Source: Mizuhopecten yessoensis (lineage: Eukaryota). From it: a stretch of 64,000 bases of DNA. This document shows, one piece after another, positions 27,101-40,300 of this stretch. The notes beneath the pieces were generated by a model that had not been told where the DNA came from, did not search any database, and saw nothing but the letters and a program-made list of their open reading frames with translations. The DNA lies in assembly GCF_002113885.1 (NCBI RefSeq), contig NW_018408902.1, positions 2,069,485 to 2,133,484 on the forward strand, written 5' to 3'. The first letter of the stretch is position 1. Every line of letters begins with the position of its first letter. Made by a program: the position numbers and the translations under genes.

Positions 27101-29331
27101 CAGGCGAAGGGAGACAATTTGATCACATATATTGCTTGTATTGGCTGAATTGTCGAAGGATTAAAAGTTAATTGCTGTTATTTCCAACTGGGAACCCTGT
27201 AACAGCTGTGTAACTGGTGGTGGAAACTTCCTACATCTGTTAAATAGATATAATTGTGAATTGAGTCACTATCTCACTGATTTAGGCCTGTAATACTTTG
27301 AGGCATGTATGTTCTGACAATATCCCCATTGGCAATAGACAACATTAGACCTGTAAATTGGGATAGTCAATAAAAAATGTCACAATGACATAAGCTCACC
27401 TGGTCCAAAGGACCATAGTGAGCTTATGCTGTGGCGCCTCGTCTGTCGTCAACTTTTTCTTTAAAACCTATCTCCTCCTAAACGCCAAACAGATTTTCAG
27501 GGGGGTTGGGCCCTGAAGGGGAACTTAGCTAAATTTGCTTTAAAACGTATCATGCTTAACGCAGAGAGGATTTCAACCAAATTCAGTCTGAAGCATCACT
27601 AGGGGAGGGCAATCATTTCTTAAATAAATGAGATTGGTTCTACCCCAGAGGCCAGGGGGTTGGGCTCTGAAGGGGAACTTAGCTAAATTTGCTTTAAAAC
27701 GCATCTCCTAAACGTCCAGAGAGGATTTCAACCAAATTCAGTCTGAAGCATCACTAGGGAAGGGCAATCATTTCTTAAATAAATGAGGTTGGTTCGACAC
27801 CTGAGGCCATGGGGGCGGGCCCTTAAGGGGAACTTAGCTAAATTATCTTTAAAACGCATCTCCTCCTAAACGCCAGAGAAGATTTCAACCAAATTTGCTC
27901 GAAAACTTCATCGGGGGATGGCAATCATTTACTAAATAAATGAGACTGGTTCGACACCTGGGGCTAGGAAGACTGGGCCCAAAACAGAAAAATGATCTAA
28001 TATTTTGCTTTAAGATGCTAATACCCCCTAATTGCCTGAGTGGATTTTACAAAATTTGGTCAAAACATTTTTGAGGAAGTACAAACATTTCTTATTGAAT
28101 GATTTTGATTTGATTCCTGCAGTCCTAAGAAATGGTACAGCTAGATTATCATATTCTATGGTGTAGTTTTCATAAATTGTTAAAAAGTGGTTTCTAGGTT
28201 TATAAAAGCTTATAGTTGTATGAAAATTAAAGTATTGTCTAATTACACCCTGTAATATGATATATTACTTATTTCAAAATCTTTTAACATGGCAACTCTA
28301 TGGAGGCCCCTGATTAGTTGAAAGTCAGCTTTTGTGGTCCCAGTTTGGTTAGAACATAGATCTTGTCTGGTTTTGAGGAAATTTCATATAAAGATGTACG
28401 AATGCATTCAGCTGTAAACCTTTTAGTTTAAGTTCAATGTATACCTTAAATATGTGGATATCTAATTTTAGTATTTACTGGGATGTTTTTTACACTAAAT
28501 GTCTTAACTTGTTATTGCACTGTAAAACTTTTTAATTCTTAATTCTTTTCACAGGAAACTGCACAGAGAGCTATGAATAGTAAAATATTTGTTGCTCGAT
28601 GCTCAGAAAAGATTACAGTGGACGACTTGAGGACATATTTTGCAAAATTTGGTGAAGTGACCGATGTATTCATCCCACGACCCTTCCGATCATTTGCCTT
28701 CGTGACATTTCAGGATGCATTGGTGGCTCAGAGTCTCTGCGGAGAGGACCACATAATCTGTGGATGTAGTGTCCACTTGAGCAGTGCTGCACCAAAAACC
28801 AACAGCAAGATGGGTGGGGACCGTCAGGGAGGGTTCCGGGGCAATGACTTTGGGCGAGGTGGTGGAATGGGTATGGGAATGGGGATGCCTCAGGGAGGTG
28901 GAGGAGGAGGAGGAGGACAAGGGCAAGGGTGGGGTGGTCAGAGAGGCAACCGACCCCAAGGAAACCCTGGAGGTGGAGACGGAAACGACAACATGGGCAT
29001 GAATTTCCTGAATATGATGGCAGCTGCACAGGCTGTGCTTAGTGGACAAGGGGGCTGGGGACCACTGGGGATGGGAGGACAGAACAATAGCAATGCAGAA
29101 CCATCAATGGGGCAGCCTTTTAACCAGAGTTCACCACGTCCTGACAGTGGAAATAACCAGAGGTCATTCAGTGGCTGGGGTGGGGGGTCCTCGGGAGGAG
29201 GATCAGGGTCGGGGGGGACACCGTTTGAAGGTGGTAATAACAACAGTGGCGGCAGTGGTTCAACCGGTAGTGGCAGTGGAAACAGTGGGGGCTACAGCAG
29301 TAACTGGAGTGGACAGAACAGGTGGAACTAA
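24114..29331 (+). CDS. TARDBP: TAR DNA-binding protein 43 (TDP-43), about 462-466 aa; exons 24114-24417 (upstream in-frame ATGs at 24096 and 24030), 24803-24972, 26456-26593 (or 26605), 28555-29331
   Basis: N-terminal domain [19 protein letters not shown]...[22 protein letters not shown]...KTKR, RRM1 [10 protein letters not shown]...KGFGFIRF...[13 protein letters not shown]2 KIFVARC...[16 protein letters not shown], and a Gly/Asn/Gln-rich tail with the MMAAAQA helix. All junctions are GT-AG and in phase. Confidence 0.96.
27390..28367 (-). mobile_element. HINE-like element with about 160-bp internal tandem repeats in TARDBP intron 3
   Basis: Terminal palindrome TAAGCTCACCTGGTCCAAAGGACCATAGTGAGCTTA, a CGTC motif, and 3-4 internal repeats (ggggaacttagctaaattt...gatttcaaccaaatt). 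Confidence 0.65.
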
Positions 29332-32300
29332 TAGGGTATTGAAAACTGAGAGGGGTGGGGTGCCCATTTTTTAACGAGTGATAAATTTAGGCTTAGATGG
29401 ATTTTCAACAATTCTCCCATCATTTTCATTATCGCAAACATATTCCATCTTCATCCAATTCATTCTATCAGCGCATATATTTTCATAGGGTTAACATTGC
29501 TGGGGAATGTAGAATTAATGAAGTATAAAATTCATATTATATTATAGATACTAGCTTTAGGAAATATGAAAAGGGTTTTATTCATTCATTGAATTTTTTT
29601 TTATTTGAAAACAAATATCTAGTTAAAATCAATTATTGAATTATTGTTATCAAAAACATTAATGTGATCATGGGCATAGAAAAATTGAAGCTGATTTTCT
29701 GTGTTGAAAGTGGTCGAGTGTACCAATATCATTTCTAGTTTGAGAGCTCACGGATCATGGTATCATTTTGGGGGCGAGAGTTTGTGGGTAATGATGTTAT
29801 TTTGGGTTGAGAGGGTATGGGTGGCAAATTTATACAGCAACGTTTGAGCATAGAGCAAAAAAAGAGTGCACAGGATTGATCTGCAGACAGAGAGAGCTGG
29901 GCAACAATGAGAGGAGGAAAACTAGTAACCTTGAGAGAGAGACATGGCCGACTGAATGACCGACAACAGGTGGAACATGGCTGAGCAGACCGAGTTGAGT
30001 CGTGTTTTATCAATAATTGTCTGCCAAAAAACGTTATCTTTCCTTGTGTGTAAAACAGTATGAGCCAGTTTCAAGAAAGTGTGTAAGACTTTGGCTGACA
30101 ACTGATTGATTGAACAGTGTCTGAATCATTTTAGATGTGCAAAATTTGTGCATTGGATTTTTGCGTTTTGTGCAGTATGTTTGAAATTACAAATTAACTT
30201 CAGACATTGAGGAGATTGAATTTTGGAGTGATGAAAGTGTACCGACATTGTTGATGACTTTCACGTGCAAAGCTGAGACTGAAGAATATTTTTGTGCCGG
30301 AAAGGGATAGTTTTTACAAAAGTATACATTTCTTTTTAGTTGTAGTTTTTGTTGTGAGTCTTGTGATGTACATGGATGTTGTATGCATGTGTACATATTA
30401 TACCATGTTGGCGAGAAATGAGCTGTGTTTTGTTGTGTGTACTTCAGCTACCTTAGAGAGAAGGACATCATCAGTATGCTACTAGTATGTACCTACTCAT
30501 AGAAAAGGTGTATGATCAACTTGAGAGAAAATGTATCTGACTGCATGTACCTGCCGGAGAGAGAAGGGGTATGCACCAACTCTGGAGAGAAGAAGAATTG
30601 TAAGTGCACCGGACTGTATGTACCTACTTGAGATATAGGGTATGGTCATTATGTATCCGACTTGTATATATACGTACAGTGGAGAAAACTGATCTTCCTT
30701 GGTATATGCCTGCACCAAATCTGTCACCTGATGTAGACAGAAATTAAATTCTGAGGGTGAGTTTTTTTGAGATTCATTTCAAGGCTTTGTGGTGTGTTGA
30801 ACATCGAAAATCTCACCCTAAGGGTTGACCGATTTTTCCATCTATATCACACAAGATCGATTTTTTTCTCTCTGACACCATCCTACCTTAATATATTCAA
30901 GTTAAATAATGGCACATGGCCTGGGATGTGTTACAAAATTGATAACCTGACCTTATTGTTCATTAATTGATCAGAAATGGTGTGTGAGACATGTGTTACC
31001 CTTATGGCTCCAGCAAGCAAAAAGAACAAATCTGCTGAAGTTTTGTGATGAGAAAAAAACCTTGACCAAACTCTTAAATACACCTTCATATTGATCATAT
31101 AAAACCTGATAAGTTGTTAAATATAGATCAATGAAAGCAAATCCCTCCTAAAAAAGAAATCCACATTGTACGTTAAAAGGTTCTGCTTGCTGGGCAGCAG
31201 AATTGAAATCTAATTTTCACATTTAAATATTTAGATAAGTACATCTAAGCATGCCACATTCTTTCTTAATTTTAAGCACATTGTATTGAGCTGAGGCAGA
31301 TCAAGTATGTTTTAAGGATCAATTTATTATGCAATTGAAAAAAAAACTTTTTAGGGGTGGGGGGCTGCTGATTGGTGATACCAATGTAAAATCCATGGTT
31401 CAATTGAAAAAAAAAAATCAATCCTTGATAGATATGAAGGTCTATTATAGAGGAGAAAGTTTGTATGTAACAGCATTATCTGGATGTAGGGATATGCAAC
31501 GAATGAGGAAATTCCTGTGTATGATCGGAAGTTTGTTTCTCATGCAATAAGAAAATATTGGTGTTCTGTTTAACAGTGATATGATTGTCATCAAAAGAGG
31601 AAACAAGTTGAGTTAAGTAGTAAGGAAAATATGAACAAGGGTTTGATGAAGGTGATATAAGTTGTGTGTTGGCGATGTTGGTAGTGTGTAATAGTGTTTA
31701 TGACTATAACAAAGGGTCTGTTTAAAGAGTATGAATGATGTCTATAGATAGATATATCTCCTGTGCCCACCCAAAATATCTTGTGAAAGGGCCTGAACAT
31801 TCTTGGGCTAATGTAAGCATAGTTTCTATAAAAGGTAACACATTTATTTACAATTGAGAGTGTAGACATACGAGTATGTTGATGAAGAGACAACCATTTC
31901 CCATATGAGATTGCCTGGAAGAAGTGTTCTATTTATTAACAAAATGGGAAGGGCTCATGATAGGGTATTGGTGCTGAAACAGAGCGTGTCAACACTAAAA
32001 CTGTGAGGGTGTCAACATTGTAACTGACTCGACTTTGCAGCAGAGCGTTGTCTATAAAACTGTCTGGGTGTGGAAATGGAAACTCTAAGGGTGTTGACAT
32101 TGAAAAGGAGCATGCCTTCATTAAAACCATATGTTTGCACGCTGCGAGAATGTTGCCGTTGAAACTGTGGGCGTAAATTTGTCTCAAAATTGAAACTTTC
32201 GACATTGAATTTGTATGTGAACGTTGAAACTTGGGAGTTGCTGGCATTTGAACAGAGGAGACATTGCGGCTGCGGTTGATATATGTTTGTATTGATACTG

Positions 32301-32879
32301 AATCTAGTTGTTGACAAAAGTTGATGTTCACTTTGGCATTGATGTTTCTAGACAGCACTTATAGAGTACATTGTTGACATTCAAATGGAGGGTTGGTGAT
32401 GATCAAACCCCAAGAGTGACTTTGACGTTAGGAGAATGTTAGAATTTGAACCTGACGCTGTTGATCGATAAAACTCTGTCAATTTCCAATCTTTTTCGAG
32501 GGAGAAAGTTAACGATGATGTCCATTTTGATTTCGAAAGATTTTACTTTGAAACCGAGGTCGATGACTTTTGACATTGTGAAAAATAGATAATGAAACAG
32601 ATGGATATGACTGAAGCTGGCGTTGTTGACATTACAGCTTAATTTGATATTTGACCTTGACCTCATTAGAATGTTGGAATACTGGAGAGGTATCCTGTGT
32701 TGTCTTTTCCTTTCGGTCAGCCCATATTATATTTTGAATTCAGCTCAATTTCTCTGATACCACAAGTCACCATGTCATGAAACTTAATGTACAGAAAAGT
32801 CTTTATTCAGTATTCACCATCAGGTGGCAGAAAGGTCACTTGTGACTTTAAGAAATTTTCTTCATTGCTGAATTTGGTT

Positions 32880-33370
32880 AGGCTTTGGTATCGGCCTCAT
32901 TTATTTGCTTACTTCGGTATCGGCCTCATTTGTTTGTTTAGACTTTAGTATCGGCCTCATTTGTTTGCTTACTTCGGTATCAGCCTCATTTGTTTTTCTA
33001 GACTTTGGTATCAGCCTCATTTGTTTGTTTAGACTTTGGTATCGGCCTCATTTGTTTGTCTAGACTTGGGTATCGGCCTCATTTATTTGTCTGGACTTGG
33101 GTATCAGCCTCATTTGTTTGTCTAGACTTGGGTATCGGCCTCATTTGTTTGTCTAGACTTGGGTATTGGCCTCATTTGTTTGGTTTGACTTTGGTATCGG
33201 CCTCATTTGTTTGTCTAGACTTTGGTATCGGCCTCATTTGTTTGTCTAGACTTTGGTATCAGCCTCATTTGTTTGTCTAGACTTCGGTATCTGCCTCATT
33301 TATTTGGTTTGACTTTGAGACCAGTCTCGTTCGTTTGTTTCGACTTTTGGGGACAACTTCGTTCGTTTGG
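32880..33370. repeat. 30-32-bp minisatellite (CTTTGGTATCGGCCTCATTTGTTTGTCTAGA), about 15 copies
   Basis: Direct tandem repetition. Confidence 0.9.
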
Positions 33371-33659
33371 TTAGAGTAAGGTTTCGCATCGTCATCAAAA
33401 AGTTAGGTTCCTTCTTTACGATTGCTACACCTTATATGACATATATAACTTCGACCTATGTTTTCAGCCTCACTGACTTTGGTTAGGCTGCGTTTAACTT
33501 GATTTCAGTGAAAAAAGGAATGATAGAAATGATGGGGTAAATATTTTCTAGATGACATTGAAATAGAAGCAGTACTCGGACAGCGGAAGAAGGTTGACTA
33601 TGAAGTTATACATATGTTAAGACAAAAAGTCTACATTAAACTAAGATAAAACGCATCGT

Positions 33660-36600
33660 AACGTCTATATTGCACTGTTCACAACGTTCATATTAACCCC
33701 ATGAAAACGTCTACATTGCACTGTTCACAAAGTTAATACGAACCCCATCAACACGTCCACATTGAATTGTTCACAACGTCCACATTAACCCCATTAAAAC
33801 GTCTACATAACACTGTTCACAAAGTTCATATTAACCCCATCAACACGTCCACATAGAAGTGTTCACAACGTCCACATTAACCCCATTAAAACGTCTACAT
33901 TGCACTGTTCACAAAGTTGATACGAACCCCATCAACACGTCCACATTGAAGTGTTCACAACGTTCACATTAACCCCATTAAAACGTCTACATAACACTGT
34001 TCACAAAGTTCATATTAACCCCATCAACACGTCCACATTGAAGTGTTCACAACGTCCACATTAACCCCATTAAAACGTCTACATTGCACTGTTCACAACG
34101 TTCATATTAACCCCATGAAAACGTCTACATTGCACTGTTCACAAAGTTGATACGAACCCCATCAACACGTCCACATTGAAGTGTTCACAACGTTCATATT
34201 AACCCCATTAAAACGTCTACATTGCACTGTTCACAACGTCCAGATTACCTCATTAAAACGTCTACTTTGCACTGTACACAAAGTTCATATTAACCCCATT
34301 AAAACGTCTACATTGTACTGTTCACAACGTTCATATTAACCTCACGAAAACGTCCACGTTGCACTGTTCACAAAGTCCACATTAACTCCATCAAAACATC
34401 CTCATTGACCGAATCCTAACGTCCACATTTAAGTTTTCACAACGTCCACATTGACCCATCACAACGACTGCATTCAACCCATCAAGCGTACATATTTACC
34501 CTTCACAACGTTAGCATTAAACTCGCCACTACGTCCACATCAAACCCCTCACAACGTGCGTCTACATTAAACCCATCATTTCATCTACACTCGACCAATC
34601 ACCACGTCCATATAAAACCAAAAACATCTACATTTAACCAATCACAACGTCTACATTTGACCAATCACAACGTCTACAATCATCTCATTAAAACATCGAC
34701 ATTTAACCCAGAACATCGTCTACATTGAACCCATCAGTGTCTTCATATAACCCAACACAACGCCTACTTTTAACTAATCACGCATTTACATTTAACCAAT
34801 CTCAACGTCAACAATTGCCCCATCGCAACGTCTAAATATCACCTGTCAAAACGTCCACATATACCAAGCACAAAATGTGCATTAACCTAATCACTATTTC
34901 TACATTTTACTCATCACAACGTCTACCTTTAAACCATAACAACGTCTGCTAACCCATGACAACGTCAACATCTAACGCAAGACAACATTTACATTAAACC
35001 CTTGACAGCGTCTAAATTTGACCCATCACAATGTCTACATATCGCACATAAAAACATTCACATTAAACTTAATACAACGTCTACATTAAACCAAACCCAG
35101 AGTATACTTTTAACCCATCAAAACGTCCACATCTAGCGCATCACAATGTGGAAATTCAACAATGAACTTTCACATTAAACCCATCACAACGTCCACATTT
35201 ACCCCATCACAACGTCCACATTTACCCATCACAACGTCCACATTTACCCCATCACAAAGTCCACATTTACCCATCACAACGTCCATATTTATCCCATCAC
35301 AACGTCCACATTTACCCATCACAACGTCCACATTTACCCCATCACAACGTCCACATTTACCCATCACAACGTCCACATTAAACCCATCAAAACGTCTACA
35401 TTTAACCCATAACAACGTCACATTTAACCCATCACAACCTCTACATTAAACCCATCAAAACGTCTACATTTAACCCATCACAACGTCCATATTTAACCCA
35501 TCACAACGTCCGCATTTACCCATCAAAACGACCATATTAACCCATCACAACATCCATATCAAACCTATCCTAGCGTCTGCATTAAAACCATCCTAATTGC
35601 TTCATTAAACCCAAAACAACAGCCCCATCACAACATCTAAATTGCAACCGTCAAAACGTCCACACTTACCAAGCACAACGGCTACATTAGCCCAATCACA
35701 ATTTCTACCTTAACCCATAAGAACGTCCACGTTTAACACAAAACAACATTTACATTAAACCCTTGACGAAGTCTAAATTTGACCCATCACAATGTCTAAA
35801 TACCACCTGTCAAAACGTCCACACAAACCAAGCACAACGACTACATTAACCTAATTACAATTTCTACATTTTACCCATCACAACATCTACCTATCTACAT
35901 ATCGCACATAAAACGTTCACATTAAACTTAATACAACGTCTACATTAAACCAAACCCAGAGTATACTTTTAACCCATCAAAACGTCCACATCTAGCGCAT
36001 CACAATGTGGAAATTCAACAATGAACTTTCACATTTAACCAATCACAACTTCTACATTAAACCCATCAAAACGTCTACATTCAACCCATCACAACTTCTA
36101 CATTAAACCCATCAAAACGTCTACATTCAACCTATCACAACGTCTACATTAAACCCATCAAAACGTCTACATTTAACCCATCACAACGTCTCCATTAAAC
36201 CCATCAAAACGTCTACATTTAAACCATCACAACGTCTCCATTAAACCCATCAAAACGTCTACATTCAACCCATCACAACGTCTACATTAAACCCATCAAA
36301 ACGTCTACATTTAACCCATCACAACGTCTCCATCAAACCCATCAAAACGTCTACATTTAAACCATCGCAACGTTCACATTTATCCTTTAAACGTCAACAT
36401 TTAACCTATTAAAACGTCTACATTCAAACCATCCCAATTTCTACATTCCACCCAAAATAACAATTACATTAAACCCAGGACAATGTTTAAATTTGATACA
36501 TGACAAAGTCTGCATTTTACATCCATATTGAACTTAAAACAACGTCAACATTAACCCAAAACCAAAAGTCTTACTTTAAATCCTCCAAAACGTCTACATC

Positions 36601-37331
36601 TAACCAATCACCATGTCGAAATTCAACACTTAACAATGTACGCTCATATAAACCAATCACAACGTCTACATTTACCAAATAAAATGGTCTTCAGTTAATC
36701 ATTCACAAGGTCTTTATTTGACCCATGACAAGCCCTATATTAAATCCATCACAACGTCCATCTTTATTCGTTCCGACGTCCACATTAAACCAATCAAAAC
36801 GTCCACATTTGTCATGACGTCCAAATTTAAATTGTCACGATTATCACGACGTCTGCTTTCAACCCTAAGATGTTCATATTTGATCCATCAATACATGCTA
36901 ATTTAATCTGTCCTTAGTATAACCCATGACGACATCCACATTTAACCCATCAATATGTCCACATGCCACTGTCACAACGTCCTTGTATAACCCATGAAGA
37001 CATCCACATTTAACCCATCAATATGTCCACATGCCACTGTCACAACGTTCTTGTATAACCCATGCAGACGTCCACATTTAACCCATCAATATATCCACAT
37101 GCCACTGTCACAACGTTCTTGTATAACCCATGCATGCATCCACATTTAACCAATCACAACGTACGTCTACATTTAACCCTGTACATGTATAATGGTAACT
37201 CTATACCTTCCAGGTATCTTGATATACCTATCATGCTATCCCTTTATCTATCAGGTGTCGAAAATGAAACGTTTATGCCGTCAACATTAGATCTACTCGG
37301 CATGTTCGTTATTTAACCTGTCCACAACATT
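33660..37331. repeat. Large compound satellite built on a 22-24-bp core (ACAACGTC(C/T)ACATTTAACCCATC) with 46/92-bp and 68-bp higher-order blocks
   Basis: The ACGTCYACATT core recurs throughout. Homogeneous blocks at 33664-34400, 35175-35520, 36040-36420 and 36920-37145; a block of about 140 bp at 35035 is repeated at 35895. Confidence 0.85.
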
Positions 37332-40300
37332 ATTTCATTTCAATTAATTGTATTGTTAAGAAAACAAATGGACTGGACAACAGGCAAGCCTATTTAAGTC
37401 CTCTCCAATAGGTACCACATACATATATATATATATACAAGTCAAAGTGAATAAAGTAAATAATAGATATCATAGACAGTAATGTATATATAAAAAGAGA
37501 AATAGATTTTTAACATGAAAGCATTTATGGCAGTATTAAACAATATTCAGAGAGTACCCAAAACGAAGTTTGGGTACTTATTGTTTTTATTCCGATTCTT
37601 ATCAAGTCCCCCAAACATGGTTTGGGGACTTATTGTTTTTATTCCTTTGTGTTTTTTTACTTCTTCTTCTGCTTCAGCCATGAACTTGTCCAGAGGTTTT
37701 CTCAGAATCTATTGAGCGGATCATCATGAAACTTCACACACATACTCATTAGGGTGTCTTGGGTGTGCAAAAGGCTATTTTTATCTCGACCGGAAGTCCA
37801 AGATGGCCGCCAAAACCTTACTTTCGTTTTTGGAGTTTTTGCCTCTGATTTCGTAGAAAATTGGTACATAAGGGTTTTCAGGGCTGCCGAAAACAATGGA
37901 AACAGTTTCGAACAGCTCAGTTGTCATGGTAACGAAATGGAAGCCTCTGATTGGTCGAAATTTAGTTGTTTTCTGATTCTGCCCAAAATTGGTACAGAAG
38001 GGTTTTCAGGAATTCCGAACACAATGGTAACAGTTTCGAAAAGTTCAGTTTCAATGGTAACGAAATGGAGGCCTCTGATTGGTCGAAATTTAGATGTTGT
38101 CTGATTCTGCCTGGACTTGGTACATACGGGTTTTGGCGGATGCGAAACACGATGGTAACAGTTACGAAAGATTTAGTTGCATCGTAACGAAATGGAGGTC
38201 TCTGATTGGTCGAAATTTAAATGTTGTCTGATTCTGCCCAGATTTGGTACATAGGGGTTTTAAGAGATGCCAAACACAATGGTAACATTTTCGAACAGCT
38301 CAGTTGCCATGGTAACAAAATGGAGTCCTCTGATTGGTCGAAATTTAGCTGTTGTCCAACAGGGATCGTGTGAGGGACTAATCGGTAACGGCCATCCGTT
38401 ACAATTATTACTAGTTATTATTATCCTTCTTTCTTCTTCTTCTTCTTCTTCTTCTTCCGCTTTCCGCCGTAAAGGTTTCCGAAACTTTTCTCAGAAACTG
38501 TAAGTCGGATCTTCACCAAACTTTGAGGGATTATTACTGATAGCCTTCAGATGTCCAATCACCTTTTTGTTTTTCCGATTTCAATCCAAGATGGCCGCCA
38601 CAGTCTCTGATTGGCTAAAACATTTTGAGCCGTAACTTTTGTTATATTTATCGCATCAAAATAACATTTAGAGGAAAGTATCGGTATATAGGACGTGCTC
38701 TAAAAAAATGACATTGACAACAAAATGGCCAATACAAATGTTTGGGAATTCAAAATTTCTGAAGGTGTTTGCTAAAGATTGCCAATGTCACCTATCCTAT
38801 TTTACGTGTTTTATAGATATTTTCCAATGCATTCCAAATTTGGCATGTAGGTGTATGATGGTACTGCGAACTCAACCATGACATTCATGTTCTAATTAGA
38901 CAAAATGGCTGCCATATACTGGTCACTGATTGGTCGAAACTCCGTTATTGTTCGATTTCGTTCAAATTTAGTATTTTTGTGTAATATGGCATTGCAAATT
39001 CAACTGAAACATTTGTTTTCTAATTTGACAAAATGGCCGCCATATATTGGCTTCTGATTGGTCGAAATTTAGAAACTGTTCAATTTTTGTAAAAATTGGT
39101 TTACAGGGGTATTAGTGGACTGCGAATTCAACCGCATAGGTTATGTTGCCATATCAACCACAAGGAGGCTTCTGATTGGTAGAAATTTAGAAGTGTTGAA
39201 TATTGACGACAATCGATATATAGGGGTAATAAAGGACTGCAAATGCAATCGCATACCTTCGTTGCCATAGCAACCACACAGAGGCTTCTAATTGGTCGCA
39301 ATTTAAAATTGTTCGATTTCACTCAAACTTAGTGTGTACAATGTAGGTGTATAAAGACGTTGCGATCATTTTCTGATGCATCTTTGCGACTATGGGGTAG
39401 ATAATGTTCGATATTGATAAGAAAATGTTTATAGGGGTATTAGGGGACTGCGAATTCAACAGCATAAGTTTCGTTGCCATAGTAACGATATAGAAACCAC
39501 ACGGAGGCTTCTGATTGGTCGAAATTTTTATATTGTTTGATTTTTATGAAAATTGGTATATATGGGTATTAGGGGACTGCAAATTCAACTGCATAGTTTT
39601 TGTTGCCATACCAACAACATGGAGGCTTCAGATTGGTGGAAATTCAGATATTGTTCGATTTCACTCAAATTTAGTATGAAGTTTGTTTTATGCCATTGTG
39701 ATCCTTTTCTGATGAATCTTTGCGATTGTGGGGGCAGTTTGGGGGACTTCTGTAATGGTCCCCCATTACAATAAGTACTTGTTAAATATGTAAACATCTA
39801 CTCAAGCTTATACATTCTTGCATACCCACATGCCTACATGTCACACACACCCTCACACACCCTCACAAATACAACATATCTATATAAGAATTAAAGATGT
39901 GTATAAAGCCTAAGTAACAAAGTAATTTACATTATCACGAAGTTACTACATATATATGTCATAGTGATATATATAATATCCAGACTGTACAATAATAGAG
40001 GTCTTAGTAAATTTCAATCATTCAATTATTATATTATAATCTCTTAAATCATTCAGTACCATTTATATAGTATTGGATATTAGTTAAAATAATTTCATTA
40101 ACATCCTCCAACAGGGTATTTTCACCTGAAGTTAAGAGTTGAATTGGAATAACCAATACCGTCATGAATTTCACGAATTAAATACCTAGAATTAGAGTAA
40201 TTAGGACAAGTAAAAATATAATGATCAGTATTTTCAGCAGGTGAACCGCAGGCACTAACTGGATCTGGGATAAGAAGATCTATACATTTATGATGATTCA

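Noticed and set aside
28670-29374. Overlapping alternative-frame and antisense ORFs in TARDBP exon 4
   Set aside because: They are by-products of GC-rich, Gly-codon-rich sequence and have no recognisable domains.
35162-35449. Mucin-like ITTSTFTPSQRPHLP and NVDVVMG repeat ORFs
   Set aside because: They are satellite translations, and unit length varies by 1 nt so the frames are not maintained.
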